64,000 nt of DNA from Azolla caroliniana (taxonomy: Eukaryota > Plantae > Polypodiophyta): assembly GCA_043228905.1 (NCBI GenBank), contig JBHGNT010000002.1, forward strand, positions 1,240,001 through 1,304,000, given 5' to 3'. Below are positions 14,612 to 29,128 of the stretch, in pieces. Under the pieces are notes generated by a model. That model searched no databases and was not told the DNA's origin. It saw nothing but the letters and a program-made list of their open reading frames with translations. Made by a program: the position numbers and the translations under genes. Every line of letters begins with the position of its first letter. Within the stretch, counting starts at the first letter, position 1.

Positions 14612-17600
14612 TTAGTTGCTTGATCTTGTGGTATACTCTCGTACTAGAGCTGAAAACATTGTCGACGATGATTCTAGCAACTTGGCTGGGCTATCATATT
14701 CCTTCAAAAGACCTGCCAAAATAATAAGTATGACAGTAAATACATGGTAAATACCATAAAAACACACATGGTATGAAAGCAAGAACTTGACGACTTGCAT
14801 GGTCACTCTATAACCATCAACATAAATAGTTAGTCGATTTATTCTGCCCACTTAGTGTGCAACTTTATATTTGAATGGTCGTGGTTGACTTTCAGATCTA
14901 GTTGGCTATAAGACGTAATTGACTATTGATTCATCGGCTTTGTTGCCTATAGAGACATTAATGATCCTTTACCTGCTTCAAGTACCATAACCCTGTCATA
15001 ATCCATCACAGTCGGTATTCTGTGTGCAATGCTGATGACAGTACTTGACTTGAACTCTTCTTTTATGATTGCTTGCAACACAGCATCAGTCTTGGTATCC
15101 ACCGAGGCTGTGGCTTCATCTAAGAATAATATGCGGCTCTTTTTCAATAATGTCCGGCCGAGACATAGTAGCTGCCTCTGCCCCACACTCCAATTCTCAC
15201 CATTGTCAACAACTACACAGATGAATATATATATATTTTAGATCCCCTCTTTCTTCCTTCACGTTTAAAGTTTCGACAAATTTTGAAATTGTTGATGATG
15301 ACTACGGCAAAATTTTATATTTCTTCATAGAAGAGGGATGACTAACCTATCGCATCCAGCTTGTCATTCCTCGCATTCACCATATCAGCAAGTTGACACT
15401 TCTCTAGCCCCTGAGAAAATGATATTTAGTATGATACAAAAAAACTATTTATACGATTACTTTTTTTTCATTTGAGATCATCAACACCAACACCAACACT
15501 TTTCTTCTGGCAAAATGGCCTTCCAAATCCACATTTTCACAAGTTTGGGGTCTTCTAATGCCATCAGGAGGATTCTCTGCTACCCAACCTATTGATCAGC
15601 TAGAAGGTCTCCAAGGCCCCTCTTATATATAGATGGCTCACCTAGTGTAAAGGTGGAGTTCCTCTGCCACTTGGCAGAAACCATGTTTTAGACCTTAGAC
15701 TATGAATGTACCACTACTTTCCACAAACCCCATCACCCATCTGCACCTACACCGAGCACATAATGTGCAATTAACTCATTGTACATCTTGTGATGTGCCA
15801 GTGGATATTCCAAATGACTCGCCTCAACATCTCACTTCATAACACCATAACCTAAGGTTTAAAAACAATCACAATAATCAACTCATGGCACCACAAAAAA
15901 AGTATATACCTCCCAAATCTCTTCATCGGTGTGCACACCCAATGGATCCATGTTTGTCCTGATTGTACCTTCAAATAAAACTGGGTCTTGGGGAATAATT
16001 CCCAGCCTTGATCTCAAATCATGGAGACCAACTGATGTGATGTCAGTATTGTCAAACAAAATCAGTCCACCAGCTGGTTCAATTATACGAAACATAACTT
16101 GAATCATTGTTGATTTCCCGCTTCCTGTTCTACCAACTACACCAACATTCTGTCCACCAATGATATCTAGACTGATACCTTTCAGAACCAAGGGCATTGT
16201 TGGTTGATACCTCACCTGTGTGACGATTCAAGTAAAGTTTTTGTTAAACATTTATCAAAGAAAAAAGTTGGTATCTGGTTGAATATTAATACCCAAACAA
16301 TGTCAGATAATCCCCTTATGTAAACGTGCACATATATTGAACAGTTGTCTCAATGTAACTCACGTCATATTATTACTCTTGGATACAGATAATTATGTGT
16401 TAATTACAATGCTTTTTTGATAATGATCTAGACCTGTATATATTCGTTCTTCTATTCACAAAAATATAAATAAAAGGTATTATTGCCCTAATGTTACAAA
16501 TAAATAGTATTAATCTACAATCAAGAAAATCTTACTGATCGAGACCTGTATATGTTTGTTATTGTATTAAAAAATAAATAAATAGAAGGTATTATTGCCT
16601 TAGTTTCACAAAATAAACAGTATTAATCTATTATCCAGTAAATCTTACACTCAAGTCTCGGATAGTTATTGCTCCTCGAGATGGCCAGTCTTTGCTTGGG
16701 ACACTACCTTCTATAACTAATGGAGCTTCACTCGGCAACCTTGTATATTGCCCGATACGTTCCACCGCAACCATTTTGTTTTCAACAGTGCAGCTGAAAA
16801 AGACAGATGCTGCTAATGTGGTGTTTAAAGATAGCCCATATGAGAGAGATAGAGCTGCCAATGCTGCATAAGATAGAATAATTTCTAATGTTTAGATACA
16901 ACACAGAATAATCCGTAAGAGAGAAATTATAAAGTAGTGTTTTCAACATATAAGTATGTGGTTGATGACAAGCTAATTACATGCTGAGATTACACCAGAT
17001 GGAAGAACTACAAGAAGAAAGGCTGCCACACAAAGCACCACTGCTCCAATAATTTCAAGCCTGAATCCAAGCCAATCATTGGCAGCATTGAAGTGGAAAT
17101 CCATCTTAAGATTGGCATTAACACGAGATAAATTGGTTGCAGCAAAATCTTCTTGCTTTCGGAACCCGCGGATAACCATGAAGCCTGCAATTGTCTCTGT
17201 AAAATGGTGGATGACAGGGGCTTTCGTGATCGAGTCAAGCCTAGTAAGCTCTCTTGATGAATTGATATAAAATGTCTGCCCAAAATTGGAATTTCTTCGT
17301 TATTACAGGGTCAAGTAAAATAAATCATTCCTAAAATTTAATGGTAAGGAAGAGTATATACTCACTTGATATTGAATATATATCCATCCTAGTGGAAGGA
17401 TAACAAATATAATTGGCCATGTGACAATACTGGTTACAACCAATACACCTATTGTAGCAAAGTAGAGGAGCATTCCCAGTGTAAAACAAAGAGGTAACAT
17501 GATATCCAAGGTTGCCTGATCATTGGATGCCTGTATATAGGTAAAAGTTTATCAAAATTCATCCCAGAATAGCTGTCCCAAGGGACTAGACGCAGGATCA

Positions 17601-20600
17601 TAGATTAAACCATTAAATCTTTTGATGCTGAAATAAAGACAAAAATATGGCAAAGAAAACATCTTTTTTTCTTCCATAAAAAATCACCACATGAATAAAG
17701 CTTAGATGTAATCGAGAATAAGAGGTCTCAGATCTCAAAATTCATGATAAAAGATAATACTTACACGAGTTAGTATTCTTCCTGTTGGAGTAGTATCGAA
17801 GAAGCTCATGGGAGCCCTGAAAATGGATTTGAGCATAGTAAGATAAAAGCTTTGGGTAGTATTCAAGCTGAAATAAGCCATAAGAATGGCTCGTATAATC
17901 GAGAAAACCCAACTCCCAGCACAAAGGAGGACATAAAAGCTGATAAAGGTGGTCGCATTGAAGCTAGTTTGTGAGGTTTCGTGTGAGAGCCAGAAATCAG
18001 CACCTATACTGAAGGCTTGGGAGAGAAACTGAACTACCAATACAAGTACTATAAAGAAAGGTCCAAATGCACTTGTGAGGTAGAGCCAATAGATGTCCCA
18101 TCCCACTCTCCCAGTCTCTCTCTTCTCAGCTTCCACAAGCTTTCCTGCCTTCCCCTTTACAGTAGATGATGAGAAGGAGCCTGAGCTCCTATGCCTCATT
18201 AGGTTCTCTTCTGAAGAGAATGAACTAGATCTTGCCCTTGCTAATAGTTTCATACTTCCATCATATGAGTCAACCCATTCTTCCACTCCCATATATTCCT
18301 CTTCTTTGTCCTTTCCAATCTCCACCGACCCTATAGATTTCTTGTGGGCTGCTATCAATGCTCCGAATTCAGCCCCAGATTCTAATAGCTCTGGATAGGT
18401 TCCCGATTGTTTGATAACTCCATCGTGCATCACCTGCATAAATCACATATAACATTCCAATCTATCAGCATCAGTTAGTTACGTTGACATTGTTTCGAGA
18501 AATGAAGTATAGACATGAATAGAATCAATGTGTAAAAATAGGTGGGTATATATCTTAGACACCTGGCCTCCATAACAGAATACGGAAAGAATTTTGCCAT
18601 ATGCAAAATAAATAGAAGAAAATACCAGAATAAGATCAGCTTTATGTAGGAACTCCACTTGATGTGTTACCAAAACCCGTGTTTTGTTCTTCATTAGTCC
18701 AAGTAAGCTATCCTATTGCAGCACAAAGAGAAAACGGATCAAAATAAATACCATAAGTTGTTTCGGAGAGTTTTTTTGTGTCCTCAATCTATAGAACCAC
18801 AAAGGAGAGAAGACATTGTTGAGAAACCTTAAATATGGCAGATCCGGTATGGGCATCCACTGCACTGAAGACATCATCTAAAAAATAGACATCAGACTCT
18901 TGATACAAGGCCCTTGCTAGCTGAATCCTTTGCTTTTGTCCGCCACTGAGATTTATGCCTCTTTCTCCTATCTCCGTTTGATCCCCGAACTCGAAGAGCG
19001 CAATATCTTGTTCCAAAGAGCAAGCTTTTATTGTGCGCCGGTATTTCGATCGATCCATGGGCATCCCAAACAATATGTTCTCTTCCACAGTTCCACTCTG
19101 AATCCATGCTGTTTGAGGAACATATGATGTTCTACCACGTACTTGAACCTTTTGATAAATTTGCAATAAATAAGTCATGATGACTATCATCTCCTAATGA
19201 TGGCAGTGATTAAGAAATGGTGATTATCATCTTCTAATTACCAAACTTTGCATAAACATTTCATCGAGTGGGAAATAGTCTTCTCAGTATTTACATAAAT
19301 GCATGCATATTATGATCATACATGTAACCAAAATGAAGGGGTCAAATAGAGACTAGAGAAAGACCCATTAACGAGTGGAAGAACTTTGGTCAGACACAAT
19401 GGGGTTTAGGGGTTTATTAACATCTTACGAAGGGTGGACAGCTACCGTCTAGGTGATAGAACTAGGGTTACTAGGTACAGAAAGGGGATATTATCACACA
19501 CTAAAGCATTTATATGCTGATAAAACCTAGGCCCACCATTGCCATCCACCCTTTATCTTGCCTAAAGCTGCTCACTGGCTAATGGGCTTATTTATCTCAG
19601 GTCTTAATTTTATTCTCCCTAAAACAGTTAGTTACTTCTGCCCCAAGATCATAATAACATGAAAAGAGATGTCATGATATGTGTACAAAGAGGTAACATG
19701 AAAGCCTTACTCTTCCAGACAATTTGGGCATTTCTCCAAGTAGAGCAGCAAGCAAGGAAGACTTCCCAGATCCCACCATTCCTACAACGGCAACCAAATG
19801 GCCTTTCGGAATGCTTAAATTGATTCCATCAAGAACCGGCCTCGACAAGACCTCATTCTCATCCCACGTAAATTGTCCACCTTCCACTACAATAGAGCAT
19901 CCAGAATCATTCACTGCATCTCGTTCCACATAGTCATCTATTTCATTACTCCGTATGTACTTATCAAGACGCTCCAGTGATACAAGTGCTTGAGAAACAG
20001 ATATAATTGCTTGTGGAAAAGTTCGAATCGGTTCTGAAAGGATGTTGAATGTAGAGATGACAGTGAACACCTTTGCAGCAGTGAGCTCAGTGTTAATCAA
20101 AATGCATGTTCCAAAGGTTACTATGGCAACGACCGATGTGGACATGCCAAGGGAAGTGATATTTGATGCAAGCGCAAATTGAAACCCTCTTAAGAACTTA
20201 TATTCACCTTTCCTACACTCCTCTACTTTCTTCTGGAAGTAGTCTTCCCATGCTTGCAACTTAATGATCCTCATATAGTTAAGGACCTCGGTGGTAGCCT
20301 TCATCCTCACATCCTTCATACCCATGACTTTCATTGAGAATTGACGAAGCATCCGAGAGTTGTTACTAATGATAGCGGCAAATAGAATCATCGTACCAAA
20401 TCCAGCAAACATCGCTACTCCTATCTCATTATACAAAATAAGCAGGGCCAAAACCACTTGAAAGGGAAGCATCCATACATTATGAATCTGAACAATAGAA
20501 TCATTAATTTGCTGAACATCAACGGTCATATAATTAATAATTTGGCCGGCTCCATGTGATTGTCTAGCCGCACTCGACAGCCTTAAACCTTTCCTGTAAA

Positions 20601-21816
20601 TGTTAGTGATAAGGCATGATCGGATCATCATACCAAGCTTTTGAGATAAGAATTGGTATTGATGGGTAGATAGAACTTCGACAAACTTAGCAAAGAAAAG
20701 GATGAAGACAAGCATAAAGCCTTCACTATAATATCTGGTAGTGCTTTCAAGGAAATCAACAAAGCTTTGTATGAGCAAAGGTCCAACATACATTGATACA
20801 CCTTTGCAGACTGCAAGAACTGCCGTGAAACCCAAATTCAATTTGAAAGTTTTTAAGAGAGCTTGCCTCAATGGATGTGTTCCTTTACTCTTTATCCAGT
20901 TCGCGTGGAAGATAGTATACAATACCTCAGCTTTATCAGACGGGGAAAGCTCGGGAACATCTTCAATTTCTAGAACTTGTGTGGCTCCTTTGGACAGTAA
21001 AGGGGTTAACCAAAGCCAAAAGCATCTACTCAACAAATTGGCAGTGAAAAAACCAGTAGTTTTCTCATTCCTATCAATGCCTGATTCTTCTTCTTTACTA
21101 TTATTAGCAAGGAATGGCTCTGCGAGAGGCTCTTTGGAGCCGATGATCCGGAGACCCGAATAGCCATTTATGGAAAGGAATAGGAGAAGTGTTGAAATAG
21201 GGAAGATACATATACTCGCAATATCGTCGAATCGAAGCTCATTTCCGTAGGAATCTAATCCGCCATAGCTCACTATTCTGATGATTGATGCGCACAATCT
21301 GAGGGCAGAGAAGATGAAGGTGAAGAACCACCATGCTCGAAGAGGCCGGGGGTATTTCTCGGACCTCTTTGGGATCTCGTGGGCAGCCACGAGAGTGAAA
21401 ATGGAGAAGGCGGCGGCATCTAGGACGGATGCTACCACATTTGGCACGGATGCAGAGAGTGCCCAGATGTGATAGAAAATGGAGAAGTAGGTAAATAGGG
21501 TGGTTAGAGCCAGCAGAATCAGGGTAATTATGTAGAGAGGTCCGGCAGCAATGCTAGGTCGTCGCACCTTCTTATTGCTGGATGTGGATCCTCCTCTGTT
21601 CTCGCCATTGAGGCTGTCAGTGTTCTTGTTATTTGCTTTCATGTAAATTAGGGTTAGGGTTAGGGTTATGGCGAAGAAGATGTGGATTGCGGCCAGGAAT
21701 ATGTGCTGCGTGCAAGGCGAGAAGAGGATGAAGATAAGCCATTCTAGAAATGGCGTTTGGTCTGAGGTTAGGGCTCCCGGGCCTGCACAGGCATAGGAAA
21801 GAAACCACTGAGCCAT
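14612..21816 (-). CDS. ABCC4: ABC transporter C family (MRP) protein, ABCC4/ABCC14-like; multi-exon
   Basis: The long first exon (21816-19711) encodes TMD0/TMD1 and Walker [10 protein letters not shown]. Later exons give [17 protein letters not shown] (NBD1 signature), [65 protein letters not shown]...DEATASVD and the C-terminus [11 protein letters not shown]. The subfamily is inferred from motif similarity, and exact orthology is untested. Confidence 0.93.
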
Positions 21817-22329
21817 AGCTGGGAGCTCAGAGAGAGCAGAGCTCCAGCTGAAAAGGAAAAAATTAAGGAAGAAAGGAACAGAGAGCAAAAAGAATGAAAG
21901 AGAGAGAAAAGGAGAACAGAGAAAATGGGGGGGGGGGGGGTGCCTTACTTAGCATTTTTGTTTTTTTGCTTTTTTGCTTTTTGCTTTTTTGCTTTTTGCT
22001 TTTTTGCTTTTTTTGCTTTTTTTGCTCTTTGCTTTTGGCCCCTTTCCTTTTGCTTGCTTGATTGGTTTTCGGTTTCTTGCTTTTGCCAGGACACATGTTT
22101 TCGCTCTCCGATATGTCCCTCCACTTGCCCTTTTTTGGCTTCGTGTCCGGAGTCGTTGCGGCCCGTTGAGACTCTCTTATGCTTGTCTCTCTCTCTCTCT
22201 CTCTCGTAATTAGCTTACCCTAGTTGTAAGTTGTTAACACAACAAGCACTGTGTCTTGGGTTCAAAATCCAATTTGCTCACTTCTCTCTATTATATACTT
22301 CATATATATCTCTTAATTCACTAGATGCC

Positions 22330-22405
22330 ACTGTGGAATGTAGGGGTTGAATCCATGACCACCTGGTCTCCATTGGGCAACCTTACCAACTGAGCTACAT
22401 CCATC
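22330..22405 (-). mobile_element. tRNA-derived SINE head / tRNA-like remnant
   Basis: Minus strand GGATGTAGCTCAGTTGGTAAGG...GGTCATGGATTCAACCCC has an A box and a degenerate B box, but no proper cloverleaf. Confidence 0.5.
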
Positions 22406-25400
22406 TGGGCTCTCTCTCTCGTTGCTTGCTTTACACGGCACATCCCGACCGCCCCTTGAAGCTTTTTCGCTTTTGCGTTCCAAGCTCCATTGTACTGCTT
22501 CTGTTTCTTTAAAACATAATGAGCCAATGTATGTAGCTACATTGCATTCTTTTGTCCTTTTTTTCTTTTTTATCACACGAGGGGTAAAAAGGTTGCACCC
22601 CACACTTCAGAGTTTATTTGTCCACTTCTCTCTCCCAAGTCCCATCAATCTTTCAGGAAAGCAACAATTTGTGTAGGAAAGTGAAACTCCACCACTCAGG
22701 CTCGTTAATGCGGTCTTTTTTACTCTACTTATTGGATCTTTATGGTGGCATGTCGGATTCTATTTGCTTTTCCTTCATTCATCTTTGTGTGTGGGGAAGC
22801 TTCGAAAAAGAAGAACCAAATATGTAATTTCTCTCTTTGATGGACCTCTATATAGGACATGGATCCTCTCCCACTATCCCATGGCTTTTTACTCCTGGTC
22901 ACAAAGTTTTTCACTTTTGTTTTTGCTTCTCTTTATTTTTTTTGCTACTCGTGTCTTGTTTGCTCTTCACACATAAAATCGTGAGTGACATCATGCTCCA
23001 CGTCTTGTTGATATTTTGTAATCATTCGGAAAGCAGCACACGATAGTCAATCACACGATTTTCACGTGTTACCTTTTGCTTCCGTCATTCGTAAAAGGCC
23101 TTGTTCCATTACAATTTATGTTGTGATAATCTTAAAGATAATTTCTATTTTCGAAGGCCGATATCCCATTTGGGGTTCTAGTGTGCTTGCTTTACCTTTG
23201 AAGGACAAACGAGCTTTTTGTTGGTGCTCTCAATAAATGATATCTAAATGTAGATAAAACTATTTTGAAATGAATAGATTGTTAACTAATAGATGTATCA
23301 CGGTCCCTTCCATTCTCTTCTACAAATGAATCATGATTCATCGAATGGGTTGATTTCAATCGTTGGTAATTTACATCTTTTATTATAATGCTCTCATGCT
23401 AATCCAAAGGTGGAGAATTAGAGACGTGGGCATATATAAATCTACCTATGATCCCACATGATGTCAATATAAAACTTTTTTAATTCCTCGCTAACCATAA
23501 TGCTTATGATTTGCCACAACCCTCTCTCCTTTGTAAAGAATGCACTGTATCAATATACATCAATACAACCAACGTATCATTATCATAATATCAAAGACAT
23601 AAGGTCAAGTAGAAAATGTCACACATGGGGATGTATGTGTTGATTATGTTGTAGCATTGTACATGAATATCTCTCTTTCTATGACACACTCACACAATAC
23701 TTATTGGCCTCTACTTGTCCACACTCTCCATTCCAAGCTCAACATGTGTCATGATCCTAGCATTGTGAACTATTGTTTCTCTTTTTCCAACCAACTTGTC
23801 GACGCCCACTTTAGAGAATCAAGAGAGAGGAAGGCATGCACGCACATATCAATCAAAATTGCGAAAAAACATAGGGATATGTGGTGCGAGATTCGAGAAA
23901 TTATTTTGATAAATGATTCTTGAATGTCGTATTTTCTTCTTCTTTTTGAAAATTGAAGGGGAATATCTCTCTTTGTAACGTATATTTTTTTGAAGTTCAA
24001 TGGCGCATCTTTTGAGATATATATGGCATTAGGTGGAATTAGAGAAAGTTAAAATTGATCAATGTGGATATAAAAACAAAAACTCAACACATAGAGATTT
24101 AGTTAACTAACACTTGTATCCACATGGATTTATAGTGCAGGGTGGTAACGTCTTCTAATGTGATGGGGTGAGACCTGGCAGAAATTCTGAAATTTTTGAG
24201 GAGATTTGGCTTATGGTGGTGTGTTTATCAGTCTGGCACATCTGGATCAGGTGATGTAAGTTTGTTTTTCAGCAGCAAACGCTCTCATGTAGGGAGGTGA
24301 TGTTAAATATCTGGTTTGAGCTTTGTGGCTTGGTTGTGCGGATAGTATGACTTGAGTCAGGGGGAATTGAATGAAACAAAAAGGGCAAAGGTCAAAGTTC
24401 TTGCTGAAATGGGGTGGTTCTCCCATGATGGTCAAATCTTCATCGAGGCCTAAGTGGAATTACTAGGTGCCTAGGTGGTTGTTTCCGCCGATGGCTACCA
24501 ATATTGTACATGCGTTGTAATTATGTATGTGTAGTTGAAGCACAAGTGGGTTAATATAGTCATGTTACCTGGATAACTTTGTTATAAAAGAGTTAGTTGG
24601 GAGAAGTAGAGTCGGGGTAAAATGGGGTTTATTTCAGTTTTGTTGGAGTTAAGGGCTGTGTGAGTTTTTGTTGTTTTTGTTTGATAGTTTTGGAGTTGTT
24701 CCTCCGAGTTGTCTATGTTGATCCCACTATAGATTCGGGCAAATTCAGTTGTATTCTATTTGCTAACTAATGCGAAGTAGTGTTTTCTGGAAAAAAAAAA
24801 AACATGTATCCACATAATGTATATATTAGATATAGTGATGGGTTAGAAACAATTTAAACCACTAACTAAAACATCATGAATTGAAAACCCTTTAGCATCA
24901 TAGTCTTGCTAGTTAACAATTTGATTGCAATTATGTCCATAATAGATCATACGTTTTTGCAATTGAGTTTATCTCCGACTTAGTTAGTTACTCACTTAAC
25001 TCAGTTCATGGTGCAAGTGGTGCTATTGCATGCATTTGCCCTCTTTTCCACTAGTGAGAGTTCTTATATCACTCAAGGTTATTGTTGTTCATGGTGCCAT
25101 TGCCTAACACCCTTTTTAGTAAGCCTTATATTATTGGTTGTAACCCTTAACAAGAAATGTAACATGTTCCGAGTGGATACAAGTTCTTGGAAACACTCAA
25201 TGCCAAGAATGCATTTGGTCTTCATCAAAGACATTACAGTTGCAGACCATCCAGATGGTTCAAATTGCCTCCCCATAATGTAGTCGATTGAAGTAAATAA
25301 GCATTTCTTCATAGGCTACCCGAAACATTTTACCATGTTCTTGAAACCATGACGAGAGTTGTAGCAACCTGTACACAAAATGTGTGTTAATCCCATTGGA

Positions 25401-25574
25401 ATATTAATATTGCATTTTTCAACATCTAGCCATGAACCCTTTTTTTTTTTTTTTTTTTCCAAAAAAAGATACTACATTAGTATTAGAAAACCGCCATAAG
25501 GCTAAACATACAAGCTATACCGATCCCCTATATCCATAGGAGGTATGGGTACTAATGGGAGAATAAACTTTGTC

Positions 25575-26541
25575 ATTGCATGGACTGAAATGGAGAAAAT
25601 CCAAAAATTGCTTTTACACAGACAATTTTGAGTTAAATCCTCCACGTCTTAACCTATCATGCTATTAGAAATAGTTGCTCTACCCATTGAGGTGCTAGTC
25701 ACACAAAGACACATAAGTATATCACAAATGTCAAGAATATGCATGATTGCATATTGCCAAAACAAGATAGGAAGACAAGATGCAAAATATGAAAGCCTAT
25801 TTTGAGCCAATTTCTCTCACTTGATTGGGTGATTGACATCATGAAATCATTTCAAAGGCGGGGAGTAAAAGATCTATCGGAGCTCTTGGGCAATGCTATG
25901 AACTATGTGATACAATACTAGAGGCACTAAGGATGCTAAAAAGAAAATTTTGGAATATCATAATGCAAATGTTAACCCCCAATGTTAGCCTTGATACAAG
26001 GCAAAAAGGCCAAAATGTATCTAGCCACATCAAACTACCTCCAAACAAGTACTAGGGTGATGATGCCATGGATGATACAATACTAGAGGCACTAAGGATG
26101 CTAAAAAGACAAATTTGGAATTTTATATTGCCAATGTTAACCCCCAACGTTGGCCTTGATACAAGGCAAAAATGCCAAAATGTATCTAGCCACATCATAC
26201 TACCTCCAAACAAGTACTAGGATGATGATGCCATGGTACAATATCAACATCTAACTTGTGTGAGGGAGTTAGACTTGTGTTTATTAGGTTTTTATATTTA
26301 TTTTTTTCCAAAAACTAGGTTTTTATATCTTGCATCCTATCTTCCAAGCTTGTTTCGGCAATATGTGATCATACATATTATTGTCTTTTATGATATACTT
26401 CCGTACTCTTTGCGTGATTAGCACCTCTATGGATTTACATGGCTCTTTTTCATATCATGACAAAGTAAGGCGTGGAGGATTTGACTCTGAATTCTCCATG
26501 TAAGGGCTTTTTAGAAATTTCTCTATTTTATTTCGTGCACT
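25575..26541. mobile_element. non-autonomous DNA transposon with long degenerate TIRs (MULE/fold-back-like) and an internal ~164-bp tandem duplication
   Basis: 25579-25665 (...GAGTTAAATCCTCCACGTCTTA...TCATG) is the approximate reverse complement of 26453-26540 (TCATGA...TAAGGCGTGGAGGATTTGACTC...). GATACAATACTAGAGGCACTAAGG is repeated at ~25910 and ~26073. No TSD resolved. Confidence 0.55.
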
Positions 26542-26921
26542 ACGTCGGACAGTGCCACCCAACACTTCCACTCTATAAAAGGAACACTTGGACCACCATA
26601 ACATTGAAGACCGTCAACCTCGCCTTCTATCCTTGAGTATCACTTCGGTTGCATTCATTCTCAAACACATAATAACTATTCCAACCTATTCGAAGCGTAA
26701 ACGCATAGCATACATTCTATGTATTTGTCAATGGGACATTAGTACCAAGATATTTGAAGCTTTGCATCACTAAACCACCATCCATTTTCAATTGCCCTCT
26801 AACTTGGTCATATAATCATATGGTACAACTACTTTATACTCTAATGATATTCCAATCTCTATTATTCTTTAAGTCACTCCTTGGTATCAACTCTCTCTCA
26901 CTCTTCCCCATATATTAACAC

Positions 26922-27563
26922 CATAGATTGACATATTCGCATTCGTCGGGTTTCCCATTCGAATGCAAACGAATACGAATACGAATGTGTGGTCAAGTAT
27001 TCGTTTAACTAAAAAAGCAAAAAAAACTGTCTTTTTTAATTTCCTAGGATAAAAAAAAAGGAACTTAGACAATAAATAGGGATAATAAAAGAGGGACTTG
27101 GGGATTTGTCATTACTAAATTTTTATAATAAATGTATAACTTATAAATTATAAGTATTTATTTTATTTTTAATAAATAAAATAAAAGCTCATTAATTTCT
27201 CACTTTTTATTCCCTCAAATTTTATGGATATTTTTATTTTGACATTAAAAATAGTACTTCAAACTAATCATATATTCAAAGTTTATACTAATCATATTTG
27301 TATAGTAAATATAAAAATATTCGTTTTTTAAAAATTGATTAATTAAAATAAGTTTCATAAACTCTCTTGACACTATAATCTATTAATGAATAATTGTTCT
27401 TTTTTTGGTAAAATAAATTTATTTAAATAAATAAATAAATATTTTATATCTATTTTGCAAAACGAATGGTTTTTTAATATTCTTAGGGCCATTTCATATT
27501 CTCGAATATAGAGAATATTGCGCATGGAGAATATCACGAATATCACGCATGTGTCAATCTATG
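26922..27563. mobile_element. hAT-type MITE
   Basis: 12-bp TIRs CATAGATTGACA / TGTCAATCTATG. Perfect 8-bp TSD ATTAACAC (26914-26921, 27564-27571). Very AT-rich core with subterminal CGAAT/ATTCG repeats. Confidence 0.85.
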
Positions 27564-29046
27564 ATTAACACAAACAACATACATAATTTACTTAAACTCC
27601 CTCATCGAGTTTCTTCACATGACATTAGATTAAATGATATGCATCATATGGTACAAAATAGAAGATTGATATTGGTCATCCCCTTTCAACAACCTCAAAA
27701 GCAGGTGCAATTTGCCAAGATATGGAAAACAATGACTATAATAACGTTATGATGCGACATATCAGTGTCTCTCAGATGACTTGCGTGAGATATGGGAGAA
27801 CTTGGTGGCAGTAGTCCGCGGCAAGTATGACAACATGCAGGGTTCACCAGAGACTGTGAACAAGAGAAAGAAGAAGCTCCTTCACTTATGGAAAAAGTTA
27901 CCCCTATTCTCTGAGTTAACTCAAGGGCCTCAATGGAACTATCAACTTCCTTGGACCCTTTCTTGATTAACAATGAAGCATGGCATAATGCAAAAAATAA
28001 AATAACTAATTATTATTATTTTTACCTTTTACAAAGTTCTAGCTTTGGTCTTAGGATTATCGTATATCATTGTACATGAAAATTGTAAGCTTTTGGGCAC
28101 ATAAGCTTAAGTTGTAGCATTCACATGTTTTTCTTAATACTAATGAGGAAAATCTTTGAAGAAAAAAAGAAAAAAAAGAAAAAAGAAAGATATGGATCAT
28201 AATAACCATCATATCACATTTTAGTGATGAGATTAATGATGCAGATTTAAATAACGTTATATTATATTGAAATGGTGACGTTTTGCGATCGTTGAAAATT
28301 CTCACATGAGATTCCCTTTAAACCATGATTACTTTTCTTATATTTTTCAGATTGCAATTGGGGAAAGTTATATTTTTTGTAAACTATGGTATATAGTCAA
28401 TGAGGGAATCATGACAATATGTTTTCTATACCTCTAGTTTAAAATGTTGTTAAACGTTAATACATGACAACTAATCGTCGTTAATGTTTTCTTATGTGCT
28501 AATTTTGAAGATTTTTTTTTTCAAGAAAAGATACTATATTAATATTAAGAAAGGCTCTAAGGGTTATGAGATTAGAATAATTTACGTTGTCCAGATTATG
28601 CATAATCTTTGTCCAAATCCCATTAATTATCTGAGCACATTTTGGAATACCTTAAAGCACACGACCTTCCAAATATACCAAATTGTGATACTACTTACCA
28701 ATTGCCATATTTCAGGTTTACTAATCTCCATATGTGGATTCATGGGTATAATTGTTGAAGATTTTAATTTCCTAATGAACATAGCAAGACATGAGTAACA
28801 TTATCTCTAGTGCAAATACTAATTATTTTTTTCTCCCTGAGGTGGAACTACCAACCCCCACGTTGGTTGTTTCCTACTCACCTTCCACCCTCCCACCGTT
28901 GAAGGCCAGAGGATCGGGCTCGTGCTGACCAATGATGATTGTCACTAGTTTATAGCTCTAGATACCTACTTACATTAAGTAGAAAGTAAGAGAGGATATG
29001 TATGTAGTCACATATTCTTGAACTCGGCTGGGGGTGATTCCCCAAC

Positions 29047-29061
<15 letters not shown>

Positions 29062-29121
<60 letters not shown>
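29062..29121. repeat. (AC)n microsatellite
   Basis: Direct read. Similar tracts lie at ~57985-58043 and ~59532-59588. Confidence 0.95.

Positions 29122-29128
<7 letters not shown>

Noticed and set aside
21863-22213. Lys/Gln-rich or Phe-rich ORFs upstream of ABCC, and 44867-45878 upstream of phytolongin
   Set aside because: They are translations of low-complexity TTTTTGC and (TC)n tracts.
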